From the NCBI RefSeq assembly GCF_964355755.1, contig NC_092676.1:22400871-22464870 (forward strand): 64,000 bases of DNA, in the 5' to 3' direction. This document shows positions 27,401 to 41,113 of the stretch, in pieces. The stretch comes from Antedon mediterranea. Lineage: Eukaryota; Animalia; Echinodermata. A model generated the notes under the pieces. It was not told the origin of the DNA. It saw only the letters and a program-made list of their open reading frames with translations, and did not search any database. Every line of letters begins with the position of its first letter. Position 1 is the first letter of the stretch. Both the position numbers and the translations under genes were made by a program.

Positions 27401-30400
27401 GTAGGTCTACTTAGTATAAAGTACGAACACGCAAAGCTACTGTCAAGTATTTATTAAATTATCATCTTTTGTTAATTGCAATCAAATCAGACAAAAATCA
27501 AACGGAAACCAAATAATCATAAGAGTCATACTGTATATAAATTATAGTGCTACTTACAAATGTGAAAGTGATGAAGCAAAAGAAGAGAAGGCATCTGGTT
27601 CAATGGTAGTTATAGCATTGTTCTGTAAATCCCTGTTGAAAGATAAATTAATAATAGACAACAGATATTGAGTAATGCATCACATTATTTAAAAAATACA
27701 TAATTTTCATTATCATACGTTAAAAAATTGTAAAAATAAAATTTTTTTTGCATAGTTAAATAAAAAACTGTTATGTTATGTTACATATAATATAGATATT
27801 AATATTAATACAGCTGTAATTTAAGAAAAATTTGTAATAAACAAAGCAATACACTTACAGTGCTTTCAATGCTGTCAAACCAGCAAATGCATCGGCTGGC
27901 AATGTACTTATTTGATTATAAGGCAACCACCTTAAATAGAAAAAGAATGCACAAAATAAGCACATGGAGTAAATACAATATAAATTATTTTTGTCTTTCT
28001 GTTTCTTCAAATAATTAAATTATCTACATCAGTAATACTACATTATAGTTATACTGCATGAATATAATTGTCAAGTTTTAAATATTATTATTGTTAATAA
28101 AATATTATTCAACAATTTAGATTAAGATTTCTTATTGTTAATATCTGACAAAAAGGATCTATGGTAGTTATAGCATTTCTCTCTAAATTCCTGTTAAAAG
28201 ATAAATTAATAAACAACATTTTATTGAGTAATGCATCACATTACTAAAAAAAATACGTAATTTTCATTATCAAGTAGAAAAACTATAAAAATAACATTTT
28301 ATTTGCATAGTTAAATTAAATAAAAATTAAATGTCATGACTTTGTTATTTTATTATTTCACTCTGTTGCCTAAAATGTTTACATTATTAGACTGCATGAG
28401 TATAGTTTCAACTCTTATACTTGAATCATTTGCATATGAAATATGAATTATAGTGTTAACTTACAGATGCCACCGTACATTAGAAGTAAGATTTCATTTA
28501 AAGTAAGATAAAATTATGTTATGTTACATATAATATAGATATTAATATTAATACAGCTTTAATTTAATTAAGAAATTAAGACAAATTTGTAATAAACAAA
28601 GCAATACACTTACAGTACTTCCAATGCTGTCAAACCAGCAAATGCATTGGCTGGCAATGTACTTATTTGATTATCATACAAGTACCTCAAATAGAAAAAG
28701 AATGCACAGAATAAGCACATGGAGTAATTACAATATCAATTATGTTTGTCTTTATGTTTCCTAATGTTTAAATTAGTAATACTACATTATAGTTACACTG
28801 CATAGTATAGTGTCAACTTTTATACTTGAATGATGTCAAAAATGCTATGTTAAAATAGAATATTGTTTTTAATTTGCAACTCAGACAAAATCACTATAAG
28901 AAATGATATTTCTAGACAAACTCACTCCAACAAATTTTAATTAATTGATTACAATTATGAAATATTATTATTAAAAAAATTATAGATTACAATACAGATT
29001 AAGATAAATTTGTAATATCTGACAAAAAGGATCTATGGTAGTTATAACATTGTTCTCTAAATTTTTGTTGAAAGATAAATATATATACCAAGTTTGATTT
29101 AAAAAATACATAATAAACAAAGCAATACACTTACAGTTCTTTCAATGCTGTCAAACCAGCAAATGCATTGGCTGACAATGTACTTATTTGATTACCAGAC
29201 AAGGACCTCAAATAGAAAAAGAATGCACAGAATAAGCACATAGAGTAATCACAATATCAATTATGTTGGTCTTTATATTTCCTAATGTTTAAATTAGTAA
29301 TACTACATTATAGTTACACTGCATAGTATAGTGTCAACTCTTATATTTGAATGATTTCAAATATACTAGTTTAAAAAGAATATAGTTTTTAATTTGTAAC
29401 TCAGACAAAATCACTACAAGAAATGTTATTTCTAGAAAAACTCACTCCAACAAATTTTAATTAATTGATTACAATTATTTCAAAGAATTACAGATTAAGA
29501 TTCTTAATAAATTTGTAATATCTGACAAAAAGGATCTATGGTAGTTATAGCATTGTTCTCTAAATTGAAGTTGAATGATAAATACAGTATATATATATAT
29601 ACAACATTTGATTTAAAAAATACATAATTTTCATTATCGTAAGTAGAATAAAAAAAAACCATTTTATTTAAAATTAAATTTCATGACTTCATTATTTTAT
29701 TATTTTACTCTGTTGCCTAAAATGTTTACATTATTAGACTGCATGAGTATAGTTTCAACTCTTATACTTGAATCATGTAAAAATAATATACCACAGTATG
29801 TTATGAAAGGATTTGTTTTCTCAGATAAATTACTGCAAACAATTTAAATTAATTGATAGAGAGAGAATATAATTTGCAACATTATTGTTAATAAAATATT
29901 ATTCCAAACAGTTGTTGATATCTGACAAAAAAATAAATAACTCGACATTCATGGTGGATGAAGTAACACTTGTTTTTAAAGTTCTTGTTATAAGATCATA
30001 TTATGAAATGATGTAATAAATAAGAATATCTTACTGTGTTAAACCATGGATTAAAGAATAGAAGGATATTCATCGACGTGAGATCAAGGGTTCCTTGACT
30101 CTCGCCGACAGAGCGCGGACCGCCCACAATGTTACAGTTTAATTAACCGCATGGTAACAACGAAACGGTCGCGTGCCTAATATATTGTTTACTGCACATG
30201 TGCAACGACATTTAACCTCTTTGGCCTCTGCCTCACGCCACTGCTGAGTATAATGTTTATTGAAAACAGTTATTAAATTACATTGTACGTTATTGTGAAG
30301 ACCCTAATGTAGGCTTACTTCATCAATATACGAAAGCCCATTAATGCCATTTTAAGTATATGTTTTTCGAACGTAATCCGTTCTAACGAATTAGTAATTC

Positions 30401-33400
30401 GTTTGAACGGATTAATAATCTGTTCAAACGAATTAGTAATCCGTTCAAACGAATTGCAACATATACAACAAGTGCCATTTAAAGAATATGTTGTAATTCG
30501 TTTCAACGGATTACTAATTTGTTTAAACAGATTAATAATCTGTTAAAACGAATTAGGAATCCGTTCAAACGGATTAGTAATTTGTTTAAACGGATTACTA
30601 ATTTGTTCAAACGAATTACTAATTCGTTCAAACGAATTACTAATTTGTTCAAACAGATTAGTAATCCGTTTAAACAAATTATTAATTTGTTTAAACAAAT
30701 TATTAATTCGTTTAAACGGATTACTAATTCGTTTGAACGAATTAGTAATTCGTTTGAACGGATTACTAATCCGTTTAAACAAATTAGTAATTCGTTTGAA
30801 CGAATTAGTAATCCGTTTAAACAAATTAGTAATTTGTTTGAACGGATTAGTAATCCGTTTGAACAAATTAGTAATCCGTTTAAACAAATTAGTAATTTGT
30901 TTGAACGGATTAGTAATCCGTTCAAACGAATTAAAACATATACCTTAAATGGCACTTGTTGTATATGTTGCAATTCGTTTGAACGGATTACTAATTCGTT
31001 TGAACAGATTATTAATCTGTTCAAACGAATTACTAATTCGTTAGAACGGATTACGTTCGAAAAACATATACTTAAAATGGCATTAATGGGCTTTCGTATC
31101 AATATACCAGATAAAATACTATATTGTTATTGGCTTAGAATTGTAGATGCTATAATTGTAATTAGTATAGGTTTCTGCCGCGATTGATCTACGCTAATGT
31201 TTTTATGACATTAAAGTAGCATTTTATGACCTGTAGTAGCCCTACATCTGAGACAATAACTATTTGTTGTCTCAGCCTACATGTAAAATTACAAAATCAG
31301 CAAGGATACTAGGCCTAGGCCTTCTAGGCTTACTAGTAAACCATATGATTTGCCGACATTGATACTGCCTAGGTAGGCCTAGGCTAATATTAAGTGTAGT
31401 AGATACAACGTGTAATCATGATCTATATACTCACCGTTGTCTTACTTCTTGTGTGAATAATAATAGGTACTTCGTTTGTTCGTGATTAAGTTTGCCATGC
31501 GTGTACTTTTCAAAACGACCGCTAGGTAACGTATCGCAACTATACATAGCCAGCCAATCCCGGATCAGGGATCGCTGTTTTCATTAAATCAGGCCCGGTG
31601 ATTGGATGTGATGTGGATGACATAACCACTTGCCAATCACCAGGCACTAAAATTTAAATATAATTACATCGATAATTAAGGAGAATTATGAAGAAACCAC
31701 TGCTTAGCCATATATTAAATACATGATTGTTCTATGTGTGGACACCGGACACGCTAACAACATACATGGTCAAATGCATAATTTAATATTCTATAGATTA
31801 ACGCAATTTTTAATGACAGAAGATGGCAGGCAAATAATGATAATTCAAATATAAAAATTGCATATTATTTTATTAATATTACCAACTACTTAAAATTACC
31901 AGTCGTAAGAAAGTGAACTTTTCGTAGTCTGATTGTTATGAAACTAAAACAGAATTGTTCAGCATTACATTTTTATTGTCAATTAATCATCGACGCAGAC
32001 ATGTCAATAGAACATTCAGACTGCGCATACGATTTGTACATGGTTACGTTTTGGTCTAAAAAAATGTAGCAGTTGATTCGCAGCGTTCTACAGAGGACCG
32101 CGGTTAGAGACACGGAGTTCAATGTTTGATTGGCAGCAGTGCTTTAGTATAGAAGCGCGTTCTAAAATCGTTTGATGTCGCCGTCGATGCATATCCTTCT
32201 AATTCTTTTATCCATGGTTAAACCTACAATGTAGATATTAATATTAATACAGCTGTAATTTAATTAAGAAATTAAGACAAATTTGTAATAAACAAAGCAA
32301 TACACTTACAATCCTTTCAATGCTGTCAAACCAGCAAATGCATTGGCTGACAATGTACTTACTTGATTAATAGACAATTCCCTCAAATAGAAAAAGAATG
32401 CACAGAATAAGCACATGGAGTAATTACAATATCAATTATGTTTGTCTTTATGTTTCCTAATGTTTAAATTAGTAATACTACATTATATTACATAGCCTAT
32501 GTAAATACGTGAACGTGATTGGTTGAAACTGCGTCACATGACTACCGCTGCGAGGATCGTAAATCGTATATATCCTCGAGAACGATGATATTGACTGAGT
32601 AATTTTCGCGTAATTATTGTGTCCCCTGTCATTAATCATATAAATTCTCGAGTTCGATGATATTGACTGTGTAATTTTCGTGTGCAACACTCGCGTTTGC
32701 CGATAAAATCTACTGGATCTTGAACTCGGGATGGAATTGTCACTCCATCACAAGACAACGCTTCAACCGCTGCGCCACGGAACTTGCTTGAAGAAATTAA
32801 TCTTTTAAACTATTTAAGCTATGCATTTATAGCGCCCTTATTTGTTATTAGTCCTCCCTAAATGTGATGAAACACCGTTTGTGATTGGTCAAAACTCACG
32901 GTAGTAACTAGTACGCGCTGAATATCCGGCGATTCGGCTCCTCGAAGAGAAGAAGACGAATTGTTTATTCGGCGTACCTGATTATAATATTATTATTAAT
33001 AGGCTTATTGATGAAAATTCTTCTGTTAATTTAAACGACCTAGGCCTAAGTGAATATTTTATTGCCAAGGAATCATTAATTAGTAATTATCTGTATATTA
33101 TTCTTCGCAAGGTAAGGTGTCTAGGCAGACTTGTTTACATACAATACAAATACTATAGGAGGCCTAGCCTAGTTTCACCCAACCCACCAGACTTGTTCTT
33201 GGCTATATAATATAACAGATATCGCCTTCTGTATCGGTTAAGTATAAGATTTGACATCCCCTCGGGAATGATATAAAGTTCTCGGGGAATATTTCCCTCA
33301 GCTGGCGCTTCGGGAAATATATATTCCCTCGAACTTAATATCATTCCCTCGGGGATGTCAAATCTTATATTTAACCTCTAAGCAGTCAATATCTGTATAA

Positions 33401-36400
33401 TAGTTACACTGCATAGTATAGTGTCAACTCTTATACTTGAATGATGTCAAATATACTATGTTAAAATAGAATATAGTTTTTAATTTGTAACTCAGACAAA
33501 ATCACTACAAGAAATGTTATTTCTAGACAAACTCACTCCAACAAATTTTAATTAATTGATTACAATTATAAAAGAGAAAATAGTTTTAAATATTATTACT
33601 AAAAAATAATTATATCAAACAATTACAGATTAAGATTCTTAATAAATTTGTAATATCTGACAAAAAGAATCTATGGTAGTTATAGCATTGTTCTCTAAAT
33701 TCCTGTTGAAAGATAAATATGTATTACATTTGATTTAAAAATAATTTTCATTATCATAAGTAAAAAAAACTATTTTATTTGTAGAGTTAAATAAAAATTA
33801 AATGTCATGACGTCATTATTTTATTATTTCACTCTGTTGCCTAAAATGTTTACATTATTAGACTACATGAGTATAGTTTCAACTCTTATACTTGAATCAT
33901 GTAAAAATAATATACTACAGTATGTTTTGAAAGGATTTGTTTTCTCAGACAAATTACTGCAAACAATTTAAATCAATTGATTGAAATATAATTTGCAACA
34001 TATTGTTTCTAAAATATTATTTCAAACAATTTTTGATATCTGAGAAAAAAAAATGATTCATGGGGGATGAGCTATGTTAAACCTACAATGTAGATATTAA
34101 TATTAAAACAGCTATAATTTAATTAAGAAAGTAAGACAAATTTGTAATAAACAAAGCAAATACACTTACAGTATTTTCAATGCTGTCAAACCAGCAAATG
34201 CATTGGCTGGCAATGTACTTATTTGATTATCATACAAGTACCTCAAATAGAAAAAGAATGCACAAAATAAGCACATGGAGTAATTACAACATCAATTATG
34301 TTTGTCTTTATGTTTCCTAATGTTTAAATTAGTAATACTACATTATAGTTACACTGCATAGTATAGTTCAACTCTTATACTTGAATGATGTCAAATATAC
34401 TAGTTTAAAAAGAATATAGTTTTTAATTTGTAACTCAGACAAAATCACTATAAGAAATGTTATTTCTAGACAAACTCACTCCAACAAATTTTAATTAATT
34501 GATTACAATTATGAAAGAGAAAATAGTTTTAAATATTATTATTAAAACAATATTATTTCAAAGAATTACAGATTAAGATTCTTTATAAATTTGTAATATC
34601 TGACAAAAAGGGTCTATGGTAGCATTGTTCTCTAAATTGCAGTGGAAATATAAATGTATATATCACATTTGATTTAAAAAAAAATTAAAATTGCACTTGT
34701 ATAGTTAAATCAAATAAAAATTAAATGTCATGACTTCATTATTTTATTATTTCACTCTGTTGCCTAAAATGTTTACATTATTAGACTGCATGAGTATAGT
34801 TTCAACTCTTATACTTGAATCATGTCAAAATAATATACCACAGTATGTTATGAAAGGATTTTTTCTCAGACAAATTACTGCAAACAAATTTAAATTAATT
34901 GATTGAAAGAGATTATAATTTGCAACATTTTTAATAAAATATTATTTCAAACAGTTGTTGAAATCTGACAACAAAATAAATAACTCATTCATTCATGTAA
35001 TTGTATTGATATATGATGAAATATGACCTGAAATATATGAGTACCAAATTTGGTTTAATTATGCTTGTCAAAATATGATTACAAACATGATTTTGTTAAA
35101 TAGACCACGTAATTTTTGATTGCGCACCACGAAAACATAATCACATCGATTCCTGGATGAATTAACACTTGTTTTAAAGTTCTTGTTATAAAATGATGTT
35201 ACTATGTTAAACCTACAATGTAGATATTAATACAGCTGTAATTTAATTAAGAAATTAAGACAAATTTGTAATAAATAAATAAACAAAGCAAATGGTATAC
35301 CAATGCTGTCAAACCAGCAAATGCATTGGCTGGCAATGTACTTATTTGATTACAATACAAGCCCGGCCCTCCTATAAAAATGCACAGAATGAATAAGCAT
35401 ATGGAGTAAATACCGTACAATATCAATTATTTTTGGTTTTTTTGTTTCCTCAAATAATGTTTAAATAATCTATATTAGTAATACTACATTATTAGTATAA
35501 ATATCAATATTTTAAATAAAAAAGCACTGCAAGAAATTTCAATAAATTGATTGCAATTATGAAAGAGATAATAGTTTTCAATATTAATACTAATAACATA
35601 TTATTTCAAACAATTTTGGCACAAAAAAAAGTACAGGGTACAACAATTTGCATTTTGTACAACACAGTGACTGAAAAAAACAACTTTAGCAGGATATAAA
35701 AACAGTGGCTATGCACAACATTTTGCCTTGTACAAAAACAGTTGTTGATTGGTACAAAAACACTTGTTAGGAACATAGCGGTGGCAGGGTACAACTTGCG
35801 TTATACAACACGGTGACTGGAAACAAACTTAAACGGTAGCAGGATATAGAAACGGTGGCAGGATACAAAAGCAGTAGGGTATAAAATCTGCATTGTACAA
35901 AAACGGTGGCAAGGGTACATAAACTTGGGGTTGTACAACAGTGGCTGAGAACAAAAACAGTGGCAGGATATAAAAACTTGGGTTGTACAACAGTGGCTGA
36001 GAACAAAAACAGTGGCAGGATATAAAAACTTGGGTTGTACAACAGTGGCTGAGAACAAAAACAGTGGCAGGATATAAAAACTTGGGTTGTACAACAGTGG
36101 CTGAGAACAAAAACAGTGGCAGGATATAAAAACTTGGGTTGTACAACAGTGGCTGAGAACAAAAACAGTGGCAGGATATAAAAACTTGGATTGTACAACA
36201 GTGGCTGAGAACGAAAACAGTGGCAGGATATAAAAACTTGGGTTGTACAACAGTGGCTGGGAACAAAAACAGTGGCAGGATATAAAAACTTGGGTTATAC
36301 AACAGTGGCTGAGAACAAAAACGGTGGCAAGGGTACACAAACTTGGGTTGTACAACACTGGCTGAGAACAAAAACAGTGGCAGGATATAAAAACTTGGGT

Positions 36401-37688
36401 TGTACAACAGTGGCTGAGAACAAAAACAGTGGCAGGATATAAAAACTCCTGTTAGTTCTACAAAATACAAGGATGGCAAAGGGATTGGTGGTTGCCTCAA
36501 GCAAGGCACAATTCATTCATTAAGCCTACTTACAATGTTGTTATTGGATTATGATTAGGATATAAAAACTTGGGTTGTACAACAGTGGCTGGGAACAAAA
36601 CCTTGGCAAGATATATTAGGAAAACAAAATGGTAGCGTACAAAAACTGAAACAGTAGCATGGTAACTAACCATAGCAGGGCTAAAAAAAATAGAGGTAAC
36701 CCCCTGTTAGTTCTTCAGAAGCGAGGATGAGAAAGGGTTTGGCACAATTCATTCATTAAGCCTACTTACAATGTTGTTATTGGATTATGATCATTGTACT
36801 GAGCAAGTTGTGTCTGTATGGTAGTATTCCATGTATCACAATGAGTATAATTTTGCAAATGGTTACAATTACAAAGTCTTGGGCATACACTTTTTTCTGT
36901 TAAAAATATAAAAATATTTTAAAATGAGTAAATAATAAAAAGTAACTTATTTTATTTAGTTATCACAGTATAAAACATACTAAATCAGCAGTCAGAAAAC
37001 GAAGTGGAGAAAAATATATTAAAAACAAATACAAATTAAAATGTATAAAAGTTGCATATATAATACTTGCTACTACATTTACTTGTCTATCAATATAGAA
37101 TATGTGTGATTTTAATATAGATCAAAAGGGAAATTACTAAAAAAATGGTAATGGCTGCATACAACAACAAAAATAAGCAAAAAGCTAAATCAAAACGGTT
37201 TTGTAAAATAGCCAGAAAGAAATTACAGAGCTTACAGGTAACATTACGCCTTCCTTAGTAGTGTAGGGGTACATAGAGATAAGTAAGAATACAAGGTAGA
37301 CAAGAGCTGCTGATTATACTAAACTAAAACATATAGCCATTTCCTTCGTTGAATAAAGCAATTTGCACTAGGAAAAAGTGACATTTAAGTACAAGCACGT
37401 GCCAGGATTTGTGCTTCTTTTTTCCCCACAAATAGGGGGAAAAGGTGTAAGTGTAACAACTGAAAAACATCAACATAATTTGCCTGCTGGCTAGCAGAGA
37501 ACTTCCACTGCTGTTTCTTGTTTGAAAAAGACACTTTTCAGGGGGAAAGGGTAATAAAATTTTAATTAATACAATTTTTTTAATGTTTGAAAATAAGATG
37601 GTAAATATATCTTACCATTCACATCGGAACTATAACAGCTAGAAAACAACAATGGTACCAACAGCACGAGGGTGTTAAAGATAGACAT
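24419..37688 (-). CDS. LRR-containing rhodopsin-class GPCR, copy A (LGR type C/GRL101-like hinge and 7TM, no LDLa); 580 aa if all cassettes are included
   Basis: Exons: 37688-37616 signal peptide (MSIFNTLVLLVPLLFSSCYS); 36896-36770 LRRNT (CPRLCNCNHLQNYTHC); five 72-nt LRR cassettes at 34241-34170, 32381-32310, 29206-29135, 28685-28614 and 27930-27859; LRR exons 27632-27558 and 26513-26442; and 25454-24419 hinge (YSDFSRLCC..C..DAFASCEDLL) plus 7TM (NLAASD, SIDR, CLALPL, FTDFCCWGP, NSSVNPYLY). The total of 1743 nt is in frame. Confidence 0.9.
25737..25912. repeat. 24-bp minisatellite (about 7 copies in copy A, about 1.5 copies at 46390 in copy B)
   Basis: GTACAACTTATTATTATCTCATAC repeated. This explains the periodic spurious ORFs. 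Confidence 0.9.
27176..27368. mobile_element. Harbinger-type palindromic MITE; duplicate at 47720-47912
   Basis: TIR AGCCTGTTTTCCTGTC, TTA TSD. It is present in both paralogs. Confidence 0.8.
30045..32216. mobile_element. Non-autonomous P-like TIR element inserted in an LRR-unit intron
   Basis: TIR CATGGATTAAAGAATAGAAGGATAT..CATCGAC / GTCGATGCATATCCTTCTAATTCTTTTATCCATG, 7-bp TSD GTTAAAC. Sister units show the empty site TGTTAAACCTACAATG. Confidence 0.8.
30329..31098. mobile_element. Nested IS3EU-like foldback element with 21-bp subrepeats
   Basis: TIR TACGAAAGCCCATTAATGCCATTTTAAG, 6-bp TSD TCAATA, internal AACGAATTAGTAATCCGTTCA-type repeats. Confidence 0.8.
32486..33402. mobile_element. Unclassified ~0.9-kb element, copy 2, inserted in an LRR-unit intron
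   Basis: Homologous to 9119-10033. It interrupts the unit motif TACTACATTATAGTTACACTGC. Confidence 0.75.
35290..35372 (-). pseudogene. Broken LRR cassette exon
   Basis: The core LYCNQISTLPANAFAGLTAL is intact, but the GTAAG donor region is lost and the acceptor side is replaced by GGAGGGCCGGGC, which is out of phase. Confidence 0.8.
35630..36600. repeat. 52-bp minisatellite (about 10 homogeneous copies at 35920-36447, decayed flanks)
   Basis: AAAAACTTGGGTTGTACAACAGTGGCTGAGAACAAAAACAGTGGCAGGATAT repeated. Confidence 0.92.
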
Positions 37689-40600
37689 CTTTGTACACAA
37701 ATTTAACGATATCGGAGTGTTACTAGTTAACTTTACTTCTGCGAGTCAGCTCCGATTTGTGAGAATTAAACGTTTTGTTGTTTAAAGAATACGTTTAGCA
37801 CTTCTAGTGAGTTTTAATAATTTAGACAAATAATTTCACCAGATGTATTCAGGTTTTGCTGATAGGAGTCCTAATGGTTCATCTTAATATTCAATTGTTA
37901 TTTGAAAATATTAATATTAATGTCAAAGAGGTTACACCACCCTGGTAATATGCAGTAATAACTTTTTACCCAAAATAATAATATAGTTATTAAAGTTTTC
38001 ACATAATAATAAATTGTATTACTTATATTAAGTCCATGTTGGGAGACGATTAATTAAACTAATCTAACATTTTACATGTTTCTATTAATTACTTGTGTCA
38101 ATTGTTTGTTTTTCTAAAGAATAAATAATAATTAATTTTATTAAGACCAATAAATTTCTCCAAAAGTCCTTTCTTCCACTTGCCACATTAAAACTGACTT
38201 TTGGTAGCTCATCCAGTAAACATAAGGTCTTATTAGGTCTGTATTTCTAATATGGGTAAAAATATATATATATATATTGGCATATATGGCGTTTCATATG
38301 TATAGTAGATCTTTTTTCCAGACCAAAATCGAAATGCTGACTGGTGGACGATAACATAAAAAAGATGAAAACTGCAGGCCTTGAGGAAAGTATAATTAAA
38401 CATAGCAACTACTACTGTACAAGCAGCAATGAATATCATAAGGGGTGCTGAGATCAGCATTCAGTTCTGTCGATAAGTAATTCAGTTGTTTTAACTTTGA
38501 AAATCAGCTAAATTGATGAAAACTACACATTTTGTTTACATTACTTGTAGCATTTCCTGTGAATTTTAATAATTTAGATAAATAATTTCATCAGATGTAT
38601 CTGTGTTTTTCTGAAAGGAGTCTTAATGGTTCGTTTTAATATTAAATTATATTAAAAATATTAAAGGTACCAATTTGATAGAGATTACATCACAATGAGT
38701 ACAGTATAACGTTTGTCCCAAACATAAATGTTATGAAAATAGACATTTTCAATAAAATTTATTATGTGCTAATAATAATTAGCGACACAATTAAATGTTT
38801 TCGTAGTTATAAAAAGTTTCCATCTACTCTTTTAATTGCTTAGGCCTACATTATTTTTATCGTATATTTTGTATTTATAGTAGTTTTTCTGATAAATAAA
38901 GAATAATTGATTTTAATAATAGAAAAATGAATATTTTTTAGATAAAAGTGTCCTTCTGCTCGCCACTGACTGTTGGTTACTGCTCATCAACTATTCGTCC
39001 ACAACTTAGAAGATTGCAGCAAACAGTATTCTAAATTTGTTCTTTCTTTATATTTTGATATTTTAGCACAAAGTTTCACTTACCAGAAACAATTAGGTCT
39101 ATGGCTACTGAAAAACAGTCAATAATAATTTGTTCTCTCATTTTTACAATATTTTATATATTTGTTGTGTCATTTTATTCGGCTTTTTTATTTGTATGCT
39201 ACAGTATATTTAAGATGTTTTCATTTTGATCATTCTTTTCGGTATGTTTTATATTCTTAGGACCCCTTTTATTTTTTCACCAGACAACAAAGTCTTAAAG
39301 ATAAACATGTTCTTACCTAACTTTGTACCAATATCTGACAGTTCAATTGTTTAAAGATTACCTACCATAGCGTTTCTAGTAATTGTGTTAATAATTTAGA
39401 TAAATCACTTCACAAGATGCATCCAATGAAGAGTTTCACTGATGGAGTAGTAATCATATATTTAATTAGAATGAAAATTTATCTGGTTTGGTAAAAGAGA
39501 TGGAGATAGATACTTGCACTTTGATTCACAAGTTAACATATATCTCTCTTAACATTTAACTGTTTACATTCAAAGTAATATTAAACGTATAAAGTTTGTG
39601 TTAGCTCATGTTTCCCTCTATTATTGATTTCATCGTTCTTATTTTTTTCTTAGGTTTTTTTTTTTTTGATAAAGAAAACTAGATTCGAATGAAGAATAAT
39701 ATGATTTTAAATAGGATCCCTCCCGGTCACCTCATTCAAACTGGCTGCGGGCGTTGGCAGGATTTTTAAAAAGGAGAAGATTTGAGAGGAGTGGAGCACA
39801 TAATCGGCTGAGTACAGGCTATAGTGGCAGTATTTACCAATCGCACATGTGTGTTATTTCTCTTAAAAATATGAAGAATTTCACATTTAAGGAAATTTTT
39901 TCAATTACAAGAGTAAATGTTTCTCTTAGCTGAAGTGTAATGGTGAACGGTCACAGGACCGACAAGTTCTGTAGCCTTTAAACATCATATTTTGGAGGAT
40001 CATAATTACCTCGGTAAACGCAGAAGAAAACTTGTTTAACTTAATTATTCGGTAACTTTATTCCTCTAACTCATTGAATATTTATGAGGCGTGACGCAAG
40101 TGTGGGCATCATATGACCATATATCAGTAGACGCGGAAGAAAGCAATGAATTATTTAATATCTTTATTCCTCGCTTAATGAATATGTATGAGGCGTGATG
40201 CAAGGGTGGACAGTCATATGATCGTACATCAGTATTTTCCTACAGTAGGTAGGTTTTAGATAGAAAACATAATTATGCAGTTTTTTCATTTAACTTAAAG
40301 ATATATTATCCCCTGAATTTTAATGTCACATAATAGTTATTCCCTTTGACCAAAAACTTGATAGAAAAAAAAAAACTTACTGAATAAAATTTTATTTTAT
40401 TTAAAGCAAAACATTGTCTGTCAGACAATTGGTTTTTGGCTGAATTTAACTGTTTATTTTTTCTTTTTATAAAGTGCAAACATAATTTGTTTTTGTTTCT
40501 TTTTCTACGGAAATGATTACCTTTATTAAAACTACAAAATGGCCTATTTGATTTATTAATCTTCATTTTTCATGTTTTTCAGGGACAGTACATCTTTAAT

Positions 40601-41113
40601 AATATCGAATGTTTATTACCTGATGTAAATATTGACCCAATTCCTTCATAGCTTAAAACAAGCATTATTAAAAAAATATCCATATAAAAATTAACATACT
40701 ACACATTTACAACTTTTGAGAACAACAGACCTCAGAACTTGGAAAAATAAATATCGGAAAGTTTATGAAAGCATGTCAAAACTATAGAGGGCATTATAAC
40801 ATTTTGTTTTGTTAAGATAGTGGCAACTGCACTATAATAGTAAACATGGGTATGGCAGGTGTGCCAAAGGCTGATAATGCGGTGCCAACTGAATTCAAAG
40901 TATTAAACAACAGATGAATTTATTTAGTTAGTATCTAGAGACGTTTGCCGGAATGGCTGCCAATGGGATTTCACTCATGCGAAGTGTATAAGAGATAGGA
41001 GTTTCATATCTTGCGCCACTTCGCACGGCGCTATAGTATCTTTGGTGTGTGCCGCTCAACCAGCAACTCGCTTTAAAATAAATTGCTGCCACATCTTAAT
41101 TTTATTTTTACAG

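Larger units (their letters stand above)
27640..35620 (-). repeat. Tandem array of ~0.5-1.1-kb units, each carrying one 72-nt LRR exon (copy A: 5 intact, 1 broken)
   Basis: Recurring core CAATGCTGTCAAACCAGCAAATGCAT(T/C)GGCTG, shared intron blocks, and donor CTTAC on the plus strand. Confidence 0.92.

Noticed and set aside
27120-27420. Possible extra GPCR exon ending at a GTAAG donor near 27142
   Set aside because: It is interrupted by a MITE in both copies, gives no LRR-like translation, and the gene model is in frame without it.
30315-31187. Long LRR-looking ORFs (LIRLNGLL.., FKRITNSF..) on both strands
   Set aside because: They are translations of the 21-bp subrepeats of a foldback transposon with TIRs and a TSD, not part of the GPCR.
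35606-36516. Cys-rich repetitive ORFs up to 226 aa
   Set aside because: They are products of the 52-bp minisatellite, open in several frames, with no splice or domain support.
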